From the IMG/VR virus record IMGVR_UViG_3300009159_000048, positions 1 through 64,000 of that record: DNA of 64,000 nucleotides, one strand, 5' to 3'. The notes below the pieces were generated by a model. It was not told the DNA's origin. It saw only the letters and a program-made list of their open reading frames with translations, and ran no database searches. Numbering within the stretch: the stretch's first letter is position 1; every line of letters begins with the position of its first letter. Shown piece after piece: positions 58,301-64,000 of the stretch. This stretch comes from a virus. The position numbers were made by a program, and so were the translations under genes.

Positions 58301-59415
58301 CAGCAGCGATAGAAGCATTCGCTGGTGTATTCGAGTATATGTTTGCCAACTCAGGATGGTTCACAGATGGAGATGAGGTGATAGATAACATGACATATGC
58401 CATAAGAAAGATTTCTTATGCAATTGCTGATGTGGCAAGAGAATTTGGTTCCGTTGGTGAACAAAACTGGAAAGCTTATCCATCAGACTCTTGGGGATCA
58501 ACTATTAAATCATTAAATGAGACAATGACCTACTCCGCAAAGTTCTTAGTTGATCAATGGGGTGAAGGTGATTACGAAATAGGATGGGGTCTTTATACAA
58601 TGGCTAATAAAATGAAAAATGTAGCTCATGAATTTGATGGATCTGATAGTTGGCAGGCACCTGACAAGAAATGGGGAGCTTCAACATCATGGAATATGAA
58701 ATTCTTCTCAAAATTAGCAGGATGGATGATTGTTAATGGAAGTTTCGTTGGTACAGAAATGTTAGTTTACACTGCTGATAAGATGAGTAAAATAGCTAAT
58801 AAGTTATACTCAACTAGAAAAGCATTTGATTATAATATACCAGAAAATTTCATACCTAATCTAAGAAAAAACATGTTAGACTTCCAATCGTTGGTACATG
58901 AACTAGCTAAAAATGAAGAGAAAGGTATGTTAGAGTTGATGGGAGACGCATTTGGTAAAGCGATGGGTGAAAAAGATCCTATTATACAAATGGCTAATAG
59001 AATGGTGGCTCTCGCAAAAGGATATTCAGCCTTAGCTAGATCTCTTACTGAATTAGGATCAGCAATGAAATCAGTGAATGCTAAAAGTCTTACAGAACTT
59101 GGTTCTATAACAAAAGGTGTTGCTGGTAAACCAATAGAAGGTAAAAAAGAAGAAAAACAAGGTCTATTTCAAAGTATAAAATCTTCATTCACTAATTTTG
59201 GAGGAGATGATAAGAAAGAAAAATCTGGATTCCAACCACCACCTAAGAGTAAGAAAAACTCATTGGGTTATGTATCAGAAAAACTTGAGGAATTAATAAA
59301 AGTAATGCAAAGTATTAAGAAAGATACAAATAGCTTAGACGCTCAAGTAATGAAGATGGGTGATGGTAAAATCAAAACAGAGGTAGACAGTAGTGGGTTT
59401 GGATTAGACAATTAA
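55384..59415 (+). CDS. Tape-measure-like large repetitive hydrophobic protein
   Basis: 1343 aa, A/G/I/L-rich; repeated ITxSSWILS and PxxxW units. Confidence 0.6.
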   Translation: MDKQLLKALDNLGNALELLTDALASKKEAKSDTAQAISGGDFGKQLESINSGIKSIKADTQAILNNQKTIVDLQKKKNSDKKTDEFESAETDKKKESNIKKGVGTILLIAIAVLAIGMAFKIVGKVDFLSVIGLSLAILLIAVAFERIAKSGLTPRSALGASIVMGIISLGVLISSFILSKIQKITIMQFLSAVMIATLFYFIAPVMADVINRLQDETELSMDDGKGGKTKMRTKKMSWGKLFGMVIGLPLIMLAMSIGITVSSWILSKIRPMTIPQIITAILIAGMFTVVASGIKGLLHALTEETEVQAKGFGGKQKGINMGKLFQLCLILPVLMASIAAGITLSSWILSLIKPISFSQAITAIAIGFMFAVISIGIKGLLTALAVVLQLFGMGTMLKLAAVVVLILPAMALAITASSWILSKVKPMSFMQIFVAIVITLMFAILSYVMPYLAAGIIAIDKILGTKKLFLIPLTLVAISTAIWLSSHILAEMKEIPWMKMLKILVYGIIMALVVTAFTPAVIFLGLLPLSSLIKGVVGIVLISMAIVISSMILAKGKYEKPPKWSWTLQVALAFAVFAPAVVLLGLLPLPVIILGLVAVAIVAVAIVLTDKILAKGQYKKYPPTKWTLGVVAVLAPFALGMAYLGPLIIPIVLGAVAILVVAASIVAVSKIISKGSYDKFPPLEWTKSVTLSMGVFGVAMLGMGSLIVGSLGLGLVALAAGGEAVLMIAQTVVDTAAVLGRGSFNGGPTKEWAQGVSIALGAFSIVYKMLADNAFWSFFGMGGIGPNEFAAGIKVVTKGIIVAAKEFELNKAAFKEGPSEKWAKGVAIAIGAFAPVYKVLLGEGRSLFDKVFGGPAPKPEDMAKAIRTISSGIIVAAQFFAKNKVAFKEGNYPSKKWGVGVGKAIGAFAPVFQLLSGKSWYQSSDDVIRGMGKAIKAVSKAIISSGEIFGKAEDGVFNWKKAPNKKWASGVSAAIEAFAGVFEYMFANSGWFTDGDEVIDNMTYAIRKISYAIADVAREFGSVGEQNWKAYPSDSWGSTIKSLNETMTYSAKFLVDQWGEGDYEIGWGLYTMANKMKNVAHEFDGSDSWQAPDKKWGASTSWNMKFFSKLAGWMIVNGSFVGTEMLVYTADKMSKIANKLYSTRKAFDYNIPENFIPNLRKNMLDFQSLVHELAKNEEKGMLELMGDAFGKAMGEKDPIIQMANRMVALAKGYSALARSLTELGSAMKSVNAKSLTELGSITKGVAGKPIEGKKEEKQGLFQSIKSSFTNFGGDDKKEKSGFQPPPKSKKNSLGYVSEKLEELIKVMQSIKKDTNSLDAQVMKMGDGKIKTEVDSSGFGLDN

Positions 59416-59456
59416 CGCAGTTACTAAACTTTGTTAATAAATTAAATATAAATGTT

Positions 59457-59885
59457 ATGGACGTTGGTTTTATAAAAAAATTAAAACTGTTTGGAACTTT
59501 TGGTAAAGTTCTTAGAAAAAACAAAGTTGAATTAAGAAGTAAATTCTTTATAAGAATAGATAATGCTCGTAGATTGTATACGGTTGTAAACATACCCGAA
59601 GAGTTAATAGGAGAAGCTTACTCTCTAAAAAAATCAGATATAGATAGAATATCACAAACCTATATTCAAGAATACACAAAGGATTTGGCAAAATTTCTAA
59701 ACGAAAAAGGATTTGGTGAGTTGTATGAGGTTTATGAAATAAAAAAAGTTGATAAATATTCTTATTTAGTAATTATTGGATTCAGTGGATTCAAATCAAC
59801 AATTTTCTTCAATTGGTTTTATTACGCTATTATTCCAGTAAGTATTTTATCTGGAATAATAATTTCTCTACTTTTATTAATATAA
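59457..59885 (+). CDS. Hypothetical protein with C-terminal TM helix
   Basis: 142 aa. Confidence 0.65.
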   Translation: MDVGFIKKLKLFGTFGKVLRKNKVELRSKFFIRIDNARRLYTVVNIPEELIGEAYSLKKSDIDRISQTYIQEYTKDLAKFLNEKGFGELYEVYEIKKVDKYSYLVIIGFSGFKSTIFFNWFYYAIIPVSILSGIIISLLLLI

Positions 59886-59936
59886 ATCTAAACAATTCAA
59901 GTCAATTATATTATAATAAATAAAATAATTACTTAT

Positions 59937-60365
59937 ATGGATAATTTTTACGAGATATCAGAAGATACAACAGGTAAATTCTTTGAAATTTTTAACAAAA
60001 AATCATTTCCACTTTCAATTAAATTTCAATTTATTGGAGATGAAAAACAAAAGGAGCTTATTAAAGTTTCACTTATCAACCCAAAAATTTCTTTCCTTTT
60101 AGGAAAAGAGATTTTAATCTCAGTAAATGAGGACATCATGAACGCATTTGATGATGAATCAGTTACAATCTTAATGGAACAAGAAATTGACAAAATTTAC
60201 ATTAATATTGAAACTGGTAAAATGAAACTTATTAAGACCGACTTAAATACATTTTCTTCACTAGTAAACAAATACGGAGTAGAAAAAGTAGCAAGAGCTA
60301 ATAAAGTTGAAGAACTTTACCAAGATCAAAAAAGAGACGCAAGAGACGAAGAATTTATAGCTTAA
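59937..60365 (+). CDS. Hypothetical protein (degenerate phage metallopeptidase-like)
   Basis: Layout ...LMEQEIDKI...D...F...V.KYG resembles phage putative metallopeptidases, but HExxH is absent. Confidence 0.55.
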   Translation: MDNFYEISEDTTGKFFEIFNKKSFPLSIKFQFIGDEKQKELIKVSLINPKISFLLGKEILISVNEDIMNAFDDESVTILMEQEIDKIYINIETGKMKLIKTDLNTFSSLVNKYGVEKVARANKVEELYQDQKRDARDEEFIA

Positions 60366-60382
60366 AAATAATAATAATAAAC

Positions 60383-60613
60383 ATGATAACTAATAATCAA
60401 AATCACGGACAAAATTACGTTCAAGCACTTAAGAAAAAATATGAGTTTCAGATGGAAGAAGCTAAAGCAAATTTAGCTCTTTATTTTTCTAGCTCAAATT
60501 TAGCAGCAATTGGAGAACACTCTGATTTACTAGCTGAACATGACAGATGGGTTGAACAATATGCAAACGCAAAAGATAAACTAGAAGCTCTTATGAGCCT
60601 ATATGAAAATTAA
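60383..60613 (+). CDS. Small coiled-coil phage protein
   Basis: ALKKKY...AIGEHSDL...DKLEAL pattern. Confidence 0.65.
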   Translation: MITNNQNHGQNYVQALKKKYEFQMEEAKANLALYFSSSNLAAIGEHSDLLAEHDRWVEQYANAKDKLEALMSLYEN

Positions 60614-60627
60614 AAATAAAAAATAAC

Positions 60628-61281
60628 ATGGGACAATTAGAAAGTAACGTAGTAAAACCACAAGTTTCATTCGTAGAAAACGAACAAGAAATAAGAACAA
60701 TTGACTTAAATGTCGAGGAAAACTTAGATAGTAGGATAAGTGACATCAAACGTCATATTACTGATAAAAACGGAAAAGGGCAATCTGATAAAATTAAAGA
60801 TGAACTTTATTTAGAAGCACAAAGATTGTGGAAAGAATTCGCAACAACTTTAAAGGAATCTAAATACAATTTCTATTTAGACAGACCACAACACAAATTC
60901 TTAACCGATTTGATTCTTAATAAATTAGAATATGATATTAATTCAGTGTTCTTTGCAATTCAATTAAAAGATTTATTTGATGTTATGAAAGATTCTAAAT
61001 ATAAAGATGATAGTCAATTAATTAGTTACAATGTAAATGCAACTGAAATCACTTATATTTATCACTTGATTTCTACTCATAAAGTAAAAGGACTAACAAA
61101 AGATTCTTATCTTTTTGCTGAAATTCTTATGAAAATAGGAAACATCAGTAAAGTTATCAACTACTATGACGCAACTGGTAAAAACTTATCAGTAGAAATC
61201 AATGATTGGGTTGTAACATTCGAAGATGGAGTTATTAGAGAAGTTCGAGAAGAAGAATCAGTTTCTGGTGTATCTTTGTAA
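60628..61281 (+). CDS. Hypothetical protein
   Basis: 217 aa. Confidence 0.65.
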   Translation: MGQLESNVVKPQVSFVENEQEIRTIDLNVEENLDSRISDIKRHITDKNGKGQSDKIKDELYLEAQRLWKEFATTLKESKYNFYLDRPQHKFLTDLILNKLEYDINSVFFAIQLKDLFDVMKDSKYKDDSQLISYNVNATEITYIYHLISTHKVKGLTKDSYLFAEILMKIGNISKVINYYDATGKNLSVEINDWVVTFEDGVIREVREEESVSGVSL

Positions 61282-61299
61282 TAAACGAATAACATAAAT

Positions 61300-61333
61300 A
61301 AAAAAGACCAAAATTAATTTTGGTCTTTTTTTT
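61300..61333. terminator. Bidirectional intrinsic terminator
   Basis: AAAAAGACCAAAATTAATTTTGGTCTTTTT. Confidence 0.75.
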
Positions 61334-61336
61334 GTT

Positions 61337-64000
61337 TTAATAAACTGGAGAAATTGGTTCAAAAGGACCAATAGGATCTATATAAGCATATTCTTCAGGT
61401 AAATCTTTTAACCCCTTTAAGTAATAACTTTTCTTATCAGTGTAAATTTGCCCATATCCATTATCAGACGTAACTTCAATTACTACAAATGGATCAATAT
61501 TACTATCTGCGGTAAAATTAAATGGTTTAAGACTCGTACCTTCTCTATACTCATGTATAGTTTGTACTGGTTCTAGACTAATTCTCTTCCATTCAGTTAC
61601 TTTTAACCAATTCTGAGGATCTAAATTAGGAGGAAAATTTGGAGTTGGTGGTACTGTTAAAGAAACAGAGGCTGTTGAACCAAGACCACTATAAACATAA
61701 AAATCATCTTCATATTTAACTACAGAACTGACCGAATAATTATCACTAGATGACCACAAAGCAGAATTTTCAAACTTTCTTGGATTCTTAACTCTATTAT
61801 TATCGATTACAGACTCATACAACAATTCAAAATAAATAACTTTATCTCCTTTTTCATATGTAGTAAAAGGAGCCCATTCTTTATATGTCTTATAAGTTCT
61901 AATTCTAACATTAAAGTAATCAGGAGCACTCAGTGTAGCTTCTCTATAAGGAGCAACCTCAGGTCTAGGAAACTCAAAGTATGGACTAGTCAAACCTGGA
62001 ATTATTGAATAAAAGTCAAGTACACAGTTATAAACAGTAGAACCACTATTAACCGGTGATAAATAAGCCTCATTCATTTTAAATGTAACCGGAGTCATCT
62101 CTTGTTTCATGTTGAATATAGAAACATCAAAAGTTTGGTGTTGAATAGATGATCCAGAATTTAAGTAAGTCCTACCAGTAACATCCATTATTTTATGAGT
62201 CAATGGTATTATATTTCTTTTTAACCAATACTTTAATCCTTGAAGTTTAATAATAATCTCATCGAGTGTATAGTCAAGTATAAAGTTACCGTCAAAATCT
62301 GTTATAAAATAAGTTAAATTAAATAAATTAGTATCCTCATAATTTGGATTAGGAAGAGTCATTTTTAGAAAATCTTTCTCATTCCAACCCTTTATAGTAT
62401 TATCAAAAATATCAGGAATTTCAACTTTAAATAACTGACCAAATTGTTTAGACTCAGCATTTATATTTCTATAATACTCATTTAATTGTAAATCATTATA
62501 ACCAAAGTAGTTTATAGCATTTATCAAAGATTTATAAGAACCTATATAAGGATAAATCTGTGATTTATTCATCAACATTTCCTTTCTCTTTTTATTCAAG
62601 AAAGGCCAATCAATACCACCTTCATTTATATCATATTCTTTGAATATGAATACCTCATCAGGACTTATTAACTTACCAAGATTAGATAACTCAATTTTAA
62701 ATCTGATATCTTCTTCTTCAGTTTGACCATATGTTACAAATCTTCCAACCTCTTTATCTTTTACCTTAAATGTACATTTCAGATAAGTAGTCTTACCAGT
62801 TTGTGGATAATTCTGTAAAACAGTATTTTCTTGCAACATAACATCAGTATTAACATTGAAGAAATCAACAATTAAATACTTAGTAAATACATTTCTTATT
62901 TTTACAATTATTGAATTATTTCTTGAGATGTATTGATTTTTATTATTTGTATTATCCCTTATATAAATAACTAAATTTTGACCAGGTTTTAATCCTCTTC
63001 CAGTAAAAGTCTCACTAGATGTTTCATTTATAAAAATCTCACCTCTTCTATCTCCGTTCACATCAGTAGTTCTAAATGTAATATTTGTATACTGATTTGA
63101 TAGTATATTAAATTCAATTGGTTCACTTTTGAATAGTTGCAATACTGTTCTTAAAGCTCCTTCATTTTCTGACCTATATCCTATAAAAGTCTCAAGTGCA
63201 ACTGGAGAAACCGTAGTATCATTACTATCATCAATATAACTCAATTCATACTCAACCTTATCAAAAATAGTTTGTTGATAAGCAGCATAGTTAACTTTTG
63301 TTATATCCTTATTAGCAATTCTATTTAGTACAGGACTATCCAACGGCTTCACACCGGTATAAGCATAAGAACCAGTAGCTGGTAGTAAATCTCCAGAAAA
63401 ATCATATAAAAAGAACTCAGTAGCTTGATCAGTAAGCCATCTCCAGTAGTATTTTACCTTTACATCACCCTCAAAATTTTCTCTAGGTCTTCTAAAGAAT
63501 TCTCTTGTTTGTAACCAAATACTTTCACGAGGAACATAAGTTGGGTCAAAAATACCATAAGATCCATCATCGATTGAAGAGAAAGTAGCTGGATTAATTA
63601 TTATAGAACCATTCAATACAACTTGAACTTCAGCAACTGAATTTATAGACGGTTGTATTGACCAAACCGAATCCCTTTCTGGATTGTATATTATTTTAGT
63701 TGTAGGAGCACCAGTTGATTGATTCCACTTTACAGTACCATCTAAAGCATCAACTGCGATTATTTGACCATTCGATCCTGTATATCCTTGTAACGAAACA
63801 TATACATCACCATCATGTTGATTTAATACTAAATATCCATGACCTGCTGTTCCTTGAATCTGAGTTGACGTATTTGACAATAAATCTAATCTATATAAAC
63901 CTGAGTTATTAGATACATTCATCTCACCAGTCAAATTATTAAAAATTATATCATTAAAGTTAGTAGTAGTAATTGATAATGACTGCGTAACTCCATTATC
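61337..64000 (-). CDS. Large virion structural (baseplate/tail-like) protein; 5' end lies outside the window
   Basis: Frame open to the window edge; beta-propeller-like region, YIGSYKSLINAINYFGY, and two W...Y..GD/S.V.Y carbohydrate-binding-like repeats. Confidence 0.6.
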   Translation of the reverse strand, partial: DNGVTQSLSITTTNFNDIIFNNLTGEMNVSNNSGLYRLDLLSNTSTQIQGTAGHGYLVLNQHDGDVYVSLQGYTGSNGQIIAVDALDGTVKWNQSTGAPTTKIIYNPERDSVWSIQPSINSVAEVQVVLNGSIIINPATFSSIDDGSYGIFDPTYVPRESIWLQTREFFRRPRENFEGDVKVKYYWRWLTDQATEFFLYDFSGDLLPATGSYAYTGVKPLDSPVLNRIANKDITKVNYAAYQQTIFDKVEYELSYIDDSNDTTVSPVALETFIGYRSENEGALRTVLQLFKSEPIEFNILSNQYTNITFRTTDVNGDRRGEIFINETSSETFTGRGLKPGQNLVIYIRDNTNNKNQYISRNNSIIVKIRNVFTKYLIVDFFNVNTDVMLQENTVLQNYPQTGKTTYLKCTFKVKDKEVGRFVTYGQTEEEDIRFKIELSNLGKLISPDEVFIFKEYDINEGGIDWPFLNKKRKEMLMNKSQIYPYIGSYKSLINAINYFGYNDLQLNEYYRNINAESKQFGQLFKVEIPDIFDNTIKGWNEKDFLKMTLPNPNYEDTNLFNLTYFITDFDGNFILDYTLDEIIIKLQGLKYWLKRNIIPLTHKIMDVTGRTYLNSGSSIQHQTFDVSIFNMKQEMTPVTFKMNEAYLSPVNSGSTVYNCVLDFYSIIPGLTSPYFEFPRPEVAPYREATLSAPDYFNVRIRTYKTYKEWAPFTTYEKGDKVIYFELLYESVIDNNRVKNPRKFENSALWSSSDNYSVSSVVKYEDDFYVYSGLGSTASVSLTVPPTPNFPPNLDPQNWLKVTEWKRISLEPVQTIHEYREGTSLKPFNFTADSNIDPFVVIEVTSDNGYGQIYTDKKSYYLKGLKDLPEEYAYIDPIGPFEPISPVY

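Noticed and set aside
1-64000. Genome-wide stop-codon reassignment (TGA or TAG), as in some huge phages
   Set aside because: Genes are full length under code 11, TGG encodes Trp, and TGA acts as a stop in several ATGA/GTGA overlaps. I found only one internal TGA.
1-64000. CRISPR array, tRNA or rRNA genes, IS elements/integrase
   Set aside because: No regularly spaced repeats, cloverleafs or transposase motifs were seen by eye.

Overview
Very AT-rich, densely coding segment of a large T4-like (jumbo) tailed-phage genome. The host is probably Bacteroidota, judged from TAnnTTTG/-33 TTTG promoters, the absence of Shine-Dalgarno sites and an Hc1-like protein. Replication, repair and nucleotide genes: UvsX/RecA, RuvC-like resolvase, NrdA, gp41/DnaB helicase, DinG-like helicase, an N-terminal-half family B DNA polymerase, a minimal family A polymerase-like protein, ThyA, a Nei/NEIL1-like glycosylase and a DNA methyltransferase. 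Virion genes: tail-fibre/baseplate-like and tape-measure-like proteins. A ~10 kb sugar biosynthesis/glycosylation cluster is also present. The most notable feature is a Ro60/TROVE gene preceded by a ~550 nt non-coding region containing a boxA-like element, two related Y-RNA-like stem-loop RNAs (63 and 221 nt, sharing UAGYGA...GAG-W-UACUUCG...AACRCUC) and an intrinsic terminator. Other observations: ~17 unrelated proteins share an N-terminal leader resembling the T4 capsid-targeting sequence, mostly behind a TAATATATA motif; a recurring R-x-x-x-I-x-x-(I/L)-(L/F) tag; two stand-alone major-capsid-protein fragments; a single in-frame TGA in a pyruvyltransferase-like gene; and a ligase-like protein lacking its catalytic lysine. 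All functional calls come from motif recognition by eye, without database searches.
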